Origin: an uncultured Bifidobacteriaceae bacterium
GTDB taxonomy: Bacteria > Actinomycetota > Actinomycetes > S36-B12
Assembly (NCBI GenBank): GCA_964626275.1
Contig: CAZVCZ010000001.1
Span: forward strand, 14,200-65,748
Direction: 5' to 3'
Length of the DNA stretch: 51,549 nucleotides
The notes below the pieces were generated by a model, which was not told where the DNA came from, ran no database searches, and saw only the letters and a list, made by a program, of their open reading frames with translations. Shown piece by piece: positions 37,867-47,959 of this stretch (positions are counted from its first letter, which is position 1; every line of letters starts with the position of its first letter). Position numbers and translations under genes: made by a program.

Positions 37867-38898
37867 CTAGGCCTTTTTCTCGTCGTGACCGCCGAACTCC
37901 GACCGCATCGCGGACATGACCTTGTCGGCGAAGAGTCCGTTGCCACGAGACTGGAATCTCGCGTAGAGGGCAGCGGTGATCGTCTCGGCGGGAACCCCCT
38001 CCTCCACTGCAGCCAGGACAGTCCACCGTCCTTCACCGGAGTCGGACACCCGACCCTCGAAGTCATCGAGGGCGGGGGAGTGGGCGAGAGCACTCGCGGT
38101 GAGATCCATCAACCACGATCCGATGACCGAGCCACGTCGCCACACCTCGGCGACCTCCGGAATGTCGATCTCATAGCGGTAGTACTCCGGATCGCGCAGC
38201 GGAGTGGTCTCGGCATCGATCTCCTGCGTATGCAGACCGGAGTCGGCATGCTTGATGATGCTCAGGCCCTCGGCGATGGCCGCCATCATCCCGTACTCGA
38301 CTCCGTTGTGAACCATCTTGACGAAGTGCCCAGCGCCATTAGGACCGCAGTGCAGATAGCCGTCTTGAGCGGTCTTTCCGGTGTCGTCGCGGTCCGGTGT
38401 CGGCTCAGCCGTTCCTCGGCCTGGCGCGATGGTGGCCCAGATGGGATCGAGTCGGGCCACTGGAGCATCCTCGCCACCGATCATCAGGCAGTAGCCACGC
38501 TCGAGCCCCCAGACCCCGCCACTCGTGCCGCAGTCGATGTAGTGGATCCCCTGCGGCTTCAGCATCGCTGCGCGATCGATGTCATCGCGGTAGTAGGAAT
38601 TACCGCCGTCGATGATGACGTCGTCGGCCTCGGCGTTCTCGGCGATTTCCTCGAGGATCTTCCCGGTGATGCCGGCGGGCAGCATCATCCAGGCGGCCCG
38701 GGGGCGTTCCAGCTTGCTCATGAGGTCCGCGATGGACGTGGCGCCCGTCGCTCCCTCCGCCACGAGTGCCTGGACAGCGGCGTCATCCACGTCATAGACC
38801 ACGCACCGGTGTCCGTCGCGCATCAGTCGACGCACGATGTTGGCTCCCATGCGGCCCAGGCCGATCATGCCGAGTTGCATCGGATGCGCAGTGCTCAT
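37867..38898 (-). CDS. gnd: 6-phosphogluconate dehydrogenase (decarboxylating), short form
   Basis: It has 'MQLGMIGLGRMGANIVRRL...VVYDVD', 'GGNSYYRDD' and 'GAGHFVKMVHNGVEYG'. The ATG at 38898 has a GGAGGA RBS. The track start at 39156 overlaps the 3' end of pgi. Confidence 0.9.
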   Translation of the reverse strand: MSTAHPMQLGMIGLGRMGANIVRRLMRDGHRCVVYDVDDAAVQALVAEGATGATSIADLMSKLERPRAAWMMLPAGITGKILEEIAENAEADDVIIDGGNSYYRDDIDRAAMLKPQGIHYIDCGTSGGVWGLERGYCLMIGGEDAPVARLDPIWATIAPGRGTAEPTPDRDDTGKTAQDGYLHCGPNGAGHFVKMVHNGVEYGMMAAIAEGLSIIKHADSGLHTQEIDAETTPLRDPEYYRYEIDIPEVAEVWRRGSVIGSWLMDLTASALAHSPALDDFEGRVSDSGEGRWTVLAAVEEGVPAETITAALYARFQSRGNGLFADKVMSAMRSEFGGHDEKKA

Positions 38899-38965
38899 GT
38901 GTTCCTCCGTGATAGATGACGGTGCCTTGAGGGTGGACGGATGATTCGGCTGTTGTGGTTGTGTG

Positions 38966-40669
38966 TCATGACGACTTGAGTGAACGGTATCTGCGGATGA
39001 GTGAGTTCGTGGATGGATCGTGGGAGAGGGTGGGAGATTCACCCGCGGTGAGTTCGGGGATGATCGCCTGGGCGAGGGCCTTGCCGAGTTCGACCCCCCA
39101 CTGGTCGAAGGAGTTGATGCCCCAGATCGTTCCCTGGGTGAACACGCTGTGCTCATAGAGTGCGATCAGGGTTCCCAACCGGTATGGCGTGAGTAGTTCC
39201 GCCAGGAGAACCGTGCTGGGCCTATTGCCCTGCATGACCTTATGCGGGACGACATTCGAAGCTACGCCTTCGGCAAGGATCTCTTCGGCTGTCTTTCCGA
39301 AGGCGAGGGCCTGGGCCTGGGCGAAGACATTCGACATGAGGATGTCGTGGTGATCACCGAGGGGGTTGTTCGTCTTCGCGAAACCGATGAAGTCCACCGG
39401 GATCATGGTGGTTCCCTGGTGGATCAGTTGGTAGAAACTGTGCTGACCATTCGTCCCCGGCTCTCCCCAGTAGACCGGACCCGTGTCGGCGTCGACAGCG
39501 GTTCCATCGAGGCGCACATGCTTGCCGTTGGACTCCATGGTGAGCTGCTGGAGATAAGCCGGGAACCGCTTCAAGTACTGGCTGTAGGGCAGGACCGCGA
39601 TGGTCTGGCAGTCATAGAAGTCTCGGTACCACACGGCGAGAAGCCCCATAAGTACGGGGAGATTCCGTTCGAAGGGAGTGGTTCGGAAGTGCTCGTCCAT
39701 GTCGTGGAAGCCCGCGAGCATCTCTCGGAAGTGTTCAGGGCCGATGGCGATCATCGTCGACAGTCCGATCGCCGAGTCCATCGAGTAGCGTCCGCCCACC
39801 CAGTCCCAGAAACCGAACATGTTGTTCGTGTCGATCCCGAATTCGGCGACCTTGTCAGCGTTCGTGGACACTGCGACGAAGTGTTTAGCAACATCGACCT
39901 TGTCGCCCAGTGACGCTCGGATCCAATCCCGAGCGGAGTGGGCATTGGTCATCGTTTCCAGCGTCGTGAAGGTCTTAGACGCGATGATGAACAGAGTGCG
40001 AGCAGGGTCGAGGTCTCGAGTCGCTTCGACGAAGTCCGTGGAGTCGACGTTGGAGATGAATCTGAACTCGATGCGTCGATCGGAGTAATATCGCAGTGCT
40101 TCGTACGCCATGACCGGACCTAGATCCGATCCACCGATCCCGACGTTCACGACAGCGTTGATCGTCTCTCCTGTCGACCCCTTCCATGCCCCGGATCGCA
40201 CATGTTCGGCGAACGTCGACATGGCGTCTAGGACTCGGTGGACGTCAGGCACCACATCATGGCCGGAGGTGGTGATTCGCTGATCTGTCGGTGCGCGGAG
40301 AGCGACATGGAGCACCGCACGGTCCTCGGAGGTGTTGATGTGCTTTCCGTCGAACATTGCATCGATGTGTTCCCGAAGTCCGCTCTGCTCGGCTAGGGCG
40401 ACGAGGTGGTCAAGCACCTCCTGGGTGATCAGGTTCTTCGACAGATCTGCATAGATCCCGCATGCCTCGACCTCGAACTGTTCGGGTCGTTTTGGATCCG
40501 ATGCGAACAACTCCCTGAGTGAAGTCGACTCCATCGCTCGGCGATCGTTCTCTAGATCGGTCCATGCCGGACGTTGCAGCAGAGGCGTCGTCTCCAGATA
40601 TCCATTCCAGGGCACGTGGGTCTCCTCACCAGGTGGTGTGCACAACTCGTCGTCATCCTGCCATGTCAC
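38966..40669 (-). CDS. pgi: Glucose-6-phosphate isomerase
   Basis: It has '[13 protein letters not shown]', '[10 protein letters not shown]', 'GGRYS' and '[14 protein letters not shown]'. Confidence 0.95.
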   Translation of the reverse strand: MTWQDDDELCTPPGEETHVPWNGYLETTPLLQRPAWTDLENDRRAMESTSLRELFASDPKRPEQFEVEACGIYADLSKNLITQEVLDHLVALAEQSGLREHIDAMFDGKHINTSEDRAVLHVALRAPTDQRITTSGHDVVPDVHRVLDAMSTFAEHVRSGAWKGSTGETINAVVNVGIGGSDLGPVMAYEALRYYSDRRIEFRFISNVDSTDFVEATRDLDPARTLFIIASKTFTTLETMTNAHSARDWIRASLGDKVDVAKHFVAVSTNADKVAEFGIDTNNMFGFWDWVGGRYSMDSAIGLSTMIAIGPEHFREMLAGFHDMDEHFRTTPFERNLPVLMGLLAVWYRDFYDCQTIAVLPYSQYLKRFPAYLQQLTMESNGKHVRLDGTAVDADTGPVYWGEPGTNGQHSFYQLIHQGTTMIPVDFIGFAKTNNPLGDHHDILMSNVFAQAQALAFGKTAEEILAEGVASNVVPHKVMQGNRPSTVLLAELLTPYRLGTLIALYEHSVFTQGTIWGINSFDQWGVELGKALAQAIIPELTAGESPTLSHDPSTNSLIRRYRSLKSS

Positions 40670-40727
40670 TAGACCCGGGGTACCGCGATCGCCCGTTCGT
40701 TCACTACCGCGTCACCTACGGCTGAGA

Positions 40728-43100
40728 TCACTCGACGGTGAAGGTCGGCAAACGTCGGCCTAGCCACCCGGGCAGCCACCAATTCGCCCGACCGAACATG
40801 GACATCACGCTCGGTACGAGGATCAGGCGCACGATGAACGCGTCGATGAGGACAGCGGAGGCGAGGGCAACGCCGAAGAGTTTGATGGTGTCGTTCGGGA
40901 CTGGCACGAATGCGAGGAACACCGAACTCATGATCAAGGCAGCGGCCACGACGACCTTGCCCGAACCGGCGAGCCCATGTCGGACCGCCTCGAGATTGTC
41001 GCCCGTGTGATGCCAACCCTCCTGCATGCGTGACACCAGGAAGACCTCGTAGTCCATCGAGAGTCCGAAGAGGATGGCGAACACCATGATGGGCAAGAAA
41101 GGCAGGATCGGCCCGGTCGTGGCCACTCCGATCAGACTTGCCCCCCAACCCCACTGGAAGACCGCAACGGTGACGCCGAGTGCAGCGGAGAAGCTGAGCA
41201 GGCTGGTGATGGCAGCGGTAAGCGGGATGAGCAGGGATCGGAACAGCAGGAAGAGTGCGATAAAACCCAGGCCGATGACGACGAGCAGGAACAGCGGCAG
41301 CACGCTGATGAGGACGTTCGTGAAGTCCTGCGTGACGGCCTGGGTCCCTCCGACGTAGATGGTGGCTCCTGTAGGCGCAATCTGTTCAGCTGTCTGGGTG
41401 CGCAAGCGGGTGAGGAGCTCATTGGTCGCCGGGTCGTCGGGGGCCGTCGTCGGTTGGACGACGACGCTCGTCACGAGCCCGTTCTCGCTGAAGGGGCTGT
41501 TCTTGCCACCGATGGTGGCCGTGCTGTACAGCGGCAGCATCGCTTCATTCGGAAGCGTCGAGGCCACCCCCTCCGTGGCGGCGAGGGCTCCGACTGTGGT
41601 TCTCAGTGCGGTGTCGTCGAGCGGGAGAGGGAGCACGACGGCCACGAAGAAGGGACCGTTGACCCCGGGACCGAAACCTTCGCTCATGAGGTCATAACCG
41701 ATGCGCGCCGTCGAACCCGGAGCCGCGCTGCCGTTGTCGGGGAATCCCTGTCGGATCCCGAATGCCGGGATGGCGAGCAGGACGACGAGTCCGAGGGCGA
41801 GCGCACCCGAGAGCCAGGGTGCCTTCTGCAGGAATCGGCCATAGCCGGCCCAACGGCTGTCGTCGAGTGGTACGCCGCGCGGGTGGCGCGCCCAGGGCAT
41901 GCGCAGTCCGAGGGTGTGCCTGCCGAGCAGGCTCGCGATTGCGGGCAGCAGGATCAGGGCGGCGAGCATGACGACAAAGACGGTCGCCGCTGCAGCGATG
42001 GCCAAACCGTAGAAGAAGGTCACTCCGAGGACGAAGAGACCCAGCAGAGCGATGATGACGGTGCTGCCTGCGAAGAGGACCGCCCGACCTGCTGTGCGCA
42101 CAGCGATCCGGATTGCTTCCTTGGGGTCCTTCCCATCGAGGGTGTCCTGGCGGAAGCGATTGAGGATGAACAGCGAGTAGTCGATGCCGACACCCAGGCC
42201 GATCATCGAGGCAAGTTGAGGTGCGAACGAAGCGACATCGAAGAAGCGGGCGATCACCAGGATGAGCAACTGCCCCACGACGAGTCCGACGACTGCGACC
42301 ACGATCGGCAGTCCTGCGGCCACCAGGCTGCCGAAGAGGATGATGAGGATGACGATCGCGGCGAGGATGCCGATGCCCTCGCTGGAGCCAGGCGCTTCTT
42401 GGGCTGCCGTAAGGATCTGACCCGTGGCGCCCACCTGCAGGTCGGCCGTGTTGGCGGCCTCCACATCGGAGACGAAGGCGGAGGCCTGCTGGGGATTGGC
42501 GATGCTGGGTCCGGCGCCGGTGAAGGTCACCGTGGCGTAGGCGACCTTCCCATCCTTACTGATCGTGGAGGTGGCTTCCTTGGCGGCCTTGTTGGCCTCG
42601 AGGAGGCTGAGCAGCTGCTGCTGAGCAGATGCAGGTGTGCCCGGGGGGAAGGTGACGTCAGTCGTGCCGTTCTCGAAGGCTTCCTTGACCTGCTTGGCGA
42701 ACTCAGGTGGTGTGCCCGGGGGGAAGTCCGGGGCCGATGAGGCTGGTGTCGGACAGGACGGTCCGTAATTCTTCCCATACGGCGAGGTGATGCAGGTGAC
42801 GCCGTCGATCGTGGCCAACTTGGTGAGAAGTGCGTCGACGTTCGACTTGACCGACTCATCTTCGACGGTGCCTGAGGACGGGGACCAGACGACGGTTGCC
42901 GTGTTGACATCGGCATCTTGCGGACTGACCTCCTGGAGGAATTCCTGCGCCAGTGCCGACTGGGTGTTGGGCAGGGAGAAGGAATCGTTGAATTTCCCAT
43001 CCAGGGTGAGAGCGAAGAAGCCCACCACGACCACGGCAACGACCCACGCCAGCAGGGCCACGATCGGCCGCCGAATCGACCAAGCAGACAGAGGTCCCAT
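40728..43100 (-). CDS. MMPL-family (RND superfamily) membrane transporter
   Basis: 790 aa with two 6-TM bundles and two large extracytoplasmic loops. The repeated motifs 'GVGIDYSLF' and 'GLSMDYEVFL' are typical of MMPL/RND proteins. The start at the ATG at 43100 is followed by 'MGPLSAWSIRRPIVALLAW' and preceded by a GAGGGAG RBS. The track start at 43148 would overlap the tRNA. Confidence 0.9.
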   Translation of the reverse strand: MGPLSAWSIRRPIVALLAWVVAVVVVGFFALTLDGKFNDSFSLPNTQSALAQEFLQEVSPQDADVNTATVVWSPSSGTVEDESVKSNVDALLTKLATIDGVTCITSPYGKNYGPSCPTPASSAPDFPPGTPPEFAKQVKEAFENGTTDVTFPPGTPASAQQQLLSLLEANKAAKEATSTISKDGKVAYATVTFTGAGPSIANPQQASAFVSDVEAANTADLQVGATGQILTAAQEAPGSSEGIGILAAIVILIILFGSLVAAGLPIVVAVVGLVVGQLLILVIARFFDVASFAPQLASMIGLGVGIDYSLFILNRFRQDTLDGKDPKEAIRIAVRTAGRAVLFAGSTVIIALLGLFVLGVTFFYGLAIAAAATVFVVMLAALILLPAIASLLGRHTLGLRMPWARHPRGVPLDDSRWAGYGRFLQKAPWLSGALALGLVVLLAIPAFGIRQGFPDNGSAAPGSTARIGYDLMSEGFGPGVNGPFFVAVVLPLPLDDTALRTTVGALAATEGVASTLPNEAMLPLYSTATIGGKNSPFSENGLVTSVVVQPTTAPDDPATNELLTRLRTQTAEQIAPTGATIYVGGTQAVTQDFTNVLISVLPLFLLVVIGLGFIALFLLFRSLLIPLTAAITSLLSFSAALGVTVAVFQWGWGASLIGVATTGPILPFLPIMVFAILFGLSMDYEVFLVSRMQEGWHHTGDNLEAVRHGLAGSGKVVVAAALIMSSVFLAFVPVPNDTIKLFGVALASAVLIDAFIVRLILVPSVMSMFGRANWWLPGWLGRRLPTFTVE

Positions 43101-43121
43101 GGCACTCCCTCGTCGGTTCTG

Positions 43122-43207
43122 TGTCCGAGGGGGGACTTGAACCCCCACGCCCTAATACGGGCACTAGCACCTCAAGCTAGCGCGTCTGCCAATTCCGCCA
43201 CCCGGAC
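43122..43207 (-). tRNA. tRNA-Leu (anticodon GAG), 86 nt, CCA not encoded
   Basis: Folded by hand from the reverse complement. The acceptor stem is GTCCGGG/CTCGGAC with one G-T pair. The anticodon arm is CTAGC-TTGAGGT-GCTAG, with U33 and G37 flanking GAG. There is a long variable arm, and the T arm is GGGGG-TTCAAGT-CCCCC. The discriminator is A. Confidence 0.9.
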
Positions 43208-43289
43208 GAGTGGAACACCCCGGGGAGGGTGCTCGGAGAGGATAGCAACCAGGGCAGGGGGCTGCGCATCCGCATGAGGGTGGGCCAAG

Positions 43290-44603
43290 ATGGGTCGCAT
43301 GTCCTCGATGACGATGCAGGAAACGGCCATATCGATCCTGCGCGATCTCATCCGAATCGACACCAGCAATGACGGCACAGGGGATGGGCCGGGGGAGATC
43401 CTCGCGGCCGAATACGTCATGGAGTCACTTCGTGAGGTGGGGTACGACCCGGAACTGATCACCACCACGTCCGGTCGCAGGGCCGGGGTCGCGCTCCGGA
43501 TTCCCGGGGTGGATCCGGATCGGCCGGGTCTGCTCCTCCATGGTCATCTTGATGTCGTCCCGGCCGTCGCCTCTGATTGGAGTGTTCCACCGTTCGCCGC
43601 TGAGGTCCACGACGGCATGGTGTGGGGGCGTGGCGCGGTCGACATGAAGGACATGGACGCGATGATCCTGGCGATCCTGCGCGAATGGGCGGACACGGGA
43701 TTCCGCCCACCACGCGACATCGTGGTCCTGTTCACTCCGGACGAGGAAGCGGGAGGCAGGCACGGCGCACACTGGCTCGTCGAAAATCGGCCGGATCTGT
43801 TCACCGGCGTCTCTGAAGCCGTAGGTGAAGTCGGCGGGTTCTCCCTCACAGTCCGAGAGGACCTGCGGCTCTATCTCATTCAAACGGCCGAGAAGGGCAT
43901 CGCGTGGATGCGCCTGCAAGCCACCGGCACGGCCGGACACGGATCGATGCTCCACCCGGACAATGCGGTCACCGAACTCGCCACCGCGATGGCGCGCATC
44001 GGACAGCACCGGTTCGACGTCTCGCTAGGCCCCACGACAACAGCATTCCTCCGAGAGGTCGCCGAGGCATATGACCTCGATGTCCATGATGTGCCGGCGA
44101 TCTTGGAACGCATCGGTCCCATTGCGAAGTTCATCGGCTCGGGACTGCAGAACACGGCGAATCCCACCATGTTGAAGGCCGGCTACAAGGTGAACGTCAT
44201 TCCTGAGGTCGCGGAAGGGCATGTCGATGGCCGGTTCATTCCCGGTGGCCGGGACGAGTTGGTGTCCTGCGTGCGTCATCTCGCGGGCCCGGAGATCGAC
44301 GTCGAACTCCTCAACGACGACATCGCCCTCGAGGTTCCCTTCGAGGGACCGAGCATCGATGCCATGCGCGCGGCGCTTCGAGCGGAGGATCCACACGCTC
44401 ATGCCATTCCCTATCTCATGTCCGGCGGAACGGATGCCAAGGCATTCTCCACCCTCGGGATCAAGGGCTATGGATTCGCTCCCCTCAACCTGCCCCCCGA
44501 ACTCGATTTCGCAGCCCTGTTCCATGGCGTTGACGAACGTGTCCCGATCAACTCGGTTCATTTCGGGGTACGGGTGCTCGACCGATTCCTTCGCACCTGC
44601 TGA
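43290..44603 (+). CDS. M20/M25/M40-family metallopeptidase (dipeptidase-like)
   Basis: Metal-ligand motifs 'LLHGHLDVVP', 'GRGAVDMKD' and 'TPDEEAGG' are present. Confidence 0.85.
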   Translation: MGRMSSMTMQETAISILRDLIRIDTSNDGTGDGPGEILAAEYVMESLREVGYDPELITTTSGRRAGVALRIPGVDPDRPGLLLHGHLDVVPAVASDWSVPPFAAEVHDGMVWGRGAVDMKDMDAMILAILREWADTGFRPPRDIVVLFTPDEEAGGRHGAHWLVENRPDLFTGVSEAVGEVGGFSLTVREDLRLYLIQTAEKGIAWMRLQATGTAGHGSMLHPDNAVTELATAMARIGQHRFDVSLGPTTTAFLREVAEAYDLDVHDVPAILERIGPIAKFIGSGLQNTANPTMLKAGYKVNVIPEVAEGHVDGRFIPGGRDELVSCVRHLAGPEIDVELLNDDIALEVPFEGPSIDAMRAALRAEDPHAHAIPYLMSGGTDAKAFSTLGIKGYGFAPLNLPPELDFAALFHGVDERVPINSVHFGVRVLDRFLRTC

Positions 44604-44632
44604 TCTCACGCGGAACAGGAACCGCGGTGGCC

Positions 44633-44845
44633 TCAGAACGTCCCGGGGGAGACCTTGATGATCCGACGGCGCAGTCGCACGCTACGGCGCCCGTCCGGAT
44701 AGATGCGGTGCCGATCGAGCTCCCATCGTCCGTATTCTGCGAATTCAGTGAGGACTGCCCGAGCCACATCTCGCGACGCCGTGCGCGGAAGACTGACCTG
44801 GCGATACTCGTAGTGCGCCGAAGCCTTCCTATCCCACGCGGTCAC
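44633..44845 (-). CDS. DUF5703-like small protein
   Basis: 70 aa, 'YEYRQVSLPRTASRDVARAVLTEFAEYGRWELDRHRIYPDGRRSVRLRR'. Confidence 0.6.
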   Translation of the reverse strand: MTAWDRKASAHYEYRQVSLPRTASRDVARAVLTEFAEYGRWELDRHRIYPDGRRSVRLRRRIIKVSPGTF

Positions 44846-45000
44846 CTTCCGACCCCATCACGATCGGGCGCTCCTGGCAAGCATCCTCAGAGCCGGGCGC
44901 CGAACTGATGCTTCTGCTCATCCGGTCTACTGGTGGCTAGGCTGGTCATCGAATAAGTCATCGCCCACGACCAGAGATCGCCAACGAAGGGGACGCCATC

Positions 45001-46050
45001 ATGCGCTTGGGAATCAACCTCGGATACTGGGGAGCCGGAAATGATGCCGACAACCTGGCCCTGGCCCGCGAGGCCGACCGGCTCGGGTATTCGGTCGCGT
45101 GGGCGGCCGAGGCTTATGGCTCCGACGCGGCCACCGTCCTGGCCTGGGTTGCTGCTCAGACCGAGCAGATCGACGTGGGGTCGGCCGTATTCCAGATTCC
45201 GGGGCGTACCCCCGCGAATACGGCCATGACGGCGGCGACGTTGGACACGCTCTCGCAGGGTCGGTTCCGGCTCGGACTCGGCGTTTCAGGTCCACAGGTG
45301 TCCGAGGGGTGGCACGGGGTGCGGTTCGACAAGCCCCTGAAGCGGACCCGTGAGTACGTCTCGATCATCCGAAAGGCCCTGGCCCGCGAACGACTCACCT
45401 TCGAGGGCGAGTTCTTCACCCTTCCGCTACCCGACGGACCGGGCAAGGCACTCACCCTCACGGTGCACCCCGTCCGGGATCGGATCCCGATCTACCTCGC
45501 GGCGGTAGGTCCGAAGAACCTCGAATTGGCCGGTGAAATTGCCGATGGGTGGCTGGCAGCATTCTTCGCGCCCGAGTCCTCCGGCGAGCAGCGGCAGCAA
45601 ATCGAAGCGGGCCGCGCCAAGGCAGGGCTCACGATGGACGGGTTCGACATAGTCCCCACGGTGCCCGTTGTCATCGGCGATGACCTCGAGGCCTGCGCCG
45701 GGCCGGTGCGCGCGTACTCGGCGCTCTACATCGGCGGCATGGGATCCCGTGAGAAGAACTTCTACAACGCACTGGCCTGCCGAATGGGCTATGAGGAGCA
45801 GGCCAAGGAGGTGCAGGACCTATATCTGGGCAGGGACTACGCCGGAGCTGCCGCGGCTGTCCCGATGGAGTTCATCGACAGGACGTCGCTCATCGGTCCG
45901 CGCGAACGGATTCGTGAACGGCTCTCCGCCTATGCCGACGCCGGCGTCACGACGCTGACCGTCGCGGTCTACGCGGGTGACCTCGAAGAGCGCCTGGCGA
46001 CCGTGCGGACGATGGCCGAGGTGCTCGACGAATCCGGCCTCGGCTCGTGA
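45001..46050 (+). CDS. Luciferase-like monooxygenase (LLM) class oxidoreductase, probably F420-dependent
   Basis: 'MRLGINLGYW...AREADRLGYSVAWAAEAYGSDA...GRFRLGLGVSGPQVSEGWHG' matches the LLM TIM-barrel N-terminus. Confidence 0.8.
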   Translation: MRLGINLGYWGAGNDADNLALAREADRLGYSVAWAAEAYGSDAATVLAWVAAQTEQIDVGSAVFQIPGRTPANTAMTAATLDTLSQGRFRLGLGVSGPQVSEGWHGVRFDKPLKRTREYVSIIRKALARERLTFEGEFFTLPLPDGPGKALTLTVHPVRDRIPIYLAAVGPKNLELAGEIADGWLAAFFAPESSGEQRQQIEAGRAKAGLTMDGFDIVPTVPVVIGDDLEACAGPVRAYSALYIGGMGSREKNFYNALACRMGYEEQAKEVQDLYLGRDYAGAAAAVPMEFIDRTSLIGPRERIRERLSAYADAGVTTLTVAVYAGDLEERLATVRTMAEVLDESGLGS

Positions 46051-46090
46051 TCCTCGGCCTGGGGACTGACGACCGGAATCACTTTACCCG

Positions 46091-46912
46091 GTGGTGACCT
46101 GGTTCGAGGCGATCGTCCTCGGCATCCTTCAGGGCCTGACGGAGTTCCTGCCTATCTCCTCCAGCGCACACCTCTTCGCCGTCTCCCAACTTCTGGGATG
46201 GTCCGACCCTGGTGCTGCCTTCACTGCGATCACCCAGATTGGCACGGAAACAGCCGTCCTGGTGTACTTCCGAAGGGACCTGGCGCGCATCCTGTCGACC
46301 TGGAGCCGATCGCTGATCCACCCCGAATATCGGCGGGACTTCGACGCGAAGATGGGGTGGTACGTCATCCTCGGCACCATCCCCATCGTCATCCTCGGCC
46401 TAGCGTTCACCGAGCAGATCGAAACCGTGGCGAGGAACCTCTGGCTGACCGCGACCATGCTGGTGGTCTTCGGCCTGCTGCTGGGTGCCGCGGATCGTTG
46501 GGGGCGCCGCACCCGGCCGGTCACCACCCTGCGGACCCGGGATGCGCTTGCCTTAGGCGGCGCCCAGGCGCTTGCGCTGATCCCCGGTGTTTCCCGCTCC
46601 GGGGCCACGATCACCATGGGCCTCACCCTCGGCCTTACGCGTGAAGCGGCCACCCGTTATGCGTTCCTGCTTGCCATTCCGGCCGTGCTCGGATCTGGGT
46701 TCTACGAGGCCACGCGGATCGCGGACGAACCTGAGGTTTCCTGGGGTCCCATCCTGCTGGCGACGGCGATCTCCTTCACCGTCGGCTATGCCGTCATCGC
46801 CTGGCTGATCCGGTACATCTCCTCGAACTCCTACCTGCCCTTCGTGATCTACCGCATCGGCCTCGCCGCAGTGTTGTTCATCCTCCTGGGGGCAGGGGTC
46901 CTCCAGGGGTGA
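46091..46912 (+). CDS. uppP: Undecaprenyl-diphosphate phosphatase
   Basis: 'GILQGLTEFLPISSSAHL' and 'PGVSRSGATI' are BacA/UppP signatures. Confidence 0.95.
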   Translation: MVTWFEAIVLGILQGLTEFLPISSSAHLFAVSQLLGWSDPGAAFTAITQIGTETAVLVYFRRDLARILSTWSRSLIHPEYRRDFDAKMGWYVILGTIPIVILGLAFTEQIETVARNLWLTATMLVVFGLLLGAADRWGRRTRPVTTLRTRDALALGGAQALALIPGVSRSGATITMGLTLGLTREAATRYAFLLAIPAVLGSGFYEATRIADEPEVSWGPILLATAISFTVGYAVIAWLIRYISSNSYLPFVIYRIGLAAVLFILLGAGVLQG

Positions 46913-46921
46913 AGCCCGCGA

Positions 46922-47959
46922 TCACACCCAGCCGGATCGACGGAAGCCTCGATAGAGGACAAGGCAGATCACGCCCATGATCGCGAGCGCTGTCGGATAG
47001 CCGAAGGCCCAGTGCAATTCCGGCATGACGTCGAAGTTCATGCCATAGATACCGGCAATGGCGGTCGGCACGGCGATGATGGCGGCCCACGCCGCTATCT
47101 TGCGCATGTCGCGATTTTGCTGGAGATCCTGCCGTGCCGTGCTGGCCATCAGCATGGTCATCAGAGTCGTGTCGTATCCATCCACCATGTCATTCGCGCG
47201 GAGGATGTGATCGCCAATGTCGCTGAGATACGTGCGCATTCGTCCGGGGACACCCTCCATGGTGCCCTGGGTCAATCGATGAGCGACAGGCAGCAGAGGT
47301 CGGACTGCCCGACGCATTTCGATGCTCTCCCGGTTCAACCGATAGATGCGCGTGGCAACGTCGGCGGGCAGATCGGAGAAGACCGCCTCTTCGATCTGCT
47401 CGATGTCGACTTGAATCGCCTCTCCCACCGTGATGTAGCCGTCGACCGCAAGATCAGCCACTGCCCAGGCCACACTGAGCGGTCCCGTATCACGAAGTTC
47501 GGGGTTTTCGTGAAGCCGTCGTTGCACTTGCTCAAGATCCAGGCCCGGACCGGAGCTCCGGGTCACGGCATATCCCGGACCGATGAAGACGGCGACCTGG
47601 CCGGTCTCCACATCTGACGTGCGCGGAAGCCATTGCAGCGTCTTCACGATCATGAACATGTCGTCCGGCCTGATCTCGATCTTCGCGCGCTGTTGCGGGG
47701 ACAGGGCATCCTCGAGAAGCAGGTCATCGAGACCCAGTTGTTCTGCGACAGCATCGATCTCGGAGGTGGACGCATGGTCGAGCGAGATCCAGATGAACGA
47801 GGTGCGGCGCGGATCCTGCCCTGTCGATGCCGCCCGAGCCGCCTGGTGGGAAGCCCGAAGTTGCTCGAGGACCTGGTCGACAGACGCGGCCGTCGCCTGG
47901 AGTCGATCCTCGCTGGACGCCGTGTGGGTGGACTCGATCACGGAAAGCACGCAGACCAT
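46922..47959 (-). CDS. corA: Magnesium/cobalt transporter CorA
   Basis: The C-terminal 'AGIYGMNF' (GMN motif) is followed by the last transmembrane helix. 345 aa. Confidence 0.9.
   Translation of the reverse strand: MVCVLSVIESTHTASSEDRLQATAASVDQVLEQLRASHQAARAASTGQDPRRTSFIWISLDHASTSEIDAVAEQLGLDDLLLEDALSPQQRAKIEIRPDDMFMIVKTLQWLPRTSDVETGQVAVFIGPGYAVTRSSGPGLDLEQVQRRLHENPELRDTGPLSVAWAVADLAVDGYITVGEAIQVDIEQIEEAVFSDLPADVATRIYRLNRESIEMRRAVRPLLPVAHRLTQGTMEGVPGRMRTYLSDIGDHILRANDMVDGYDTTLMTMLMASTARQDLQQNRDMRKIAAWAAIIAVPTAIAGIYGMNFDVMPELHWAFGYPTALAIMGVICLVLYRGFRRSGWV

Noticed and set aside
37846-38919. 357-aa plus-strand ORF opposite gnd. The 279-aa ORF at 6708..7547 opposite parC is a similar case.
   Set aside because: Both are antisense to genes with strong catalytic motifs and show no independent coding signature.
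42634-42726. 18-nt perfect direct repeat GGTGTGCCCGGGGGGAAG (42634-42651 and 42709-42726) inside the MMPL gene
   Set aside because: The copies are in frame, 25 codons apart, and encode a duplicated 'FPPGTP' peptide in an extracytoplasmic loop. This is most simply an internal coding duplication, not a regulatory or mobile element.
41454-42740. 428-aa plus-strand ORF inside the MMPL gene
   Set aside because: It is antisense to a clear 12-TM MMPL transporter. Its product is a charged, low-complexity Asp/Glu/Arg/Gly-rich sequence with no domain-like features.
40728-44603. tRNA-Leu as the integration site of a genomic island containing the MMPL transporter
   Set aside because: There is no integrase, transposase or phage gene. 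I could not find a direct repeat of the tRNA 3' end nearby. There is no visible compositional shift. The flanking genes (pgi and the M20 peptidase) are housekeeping.
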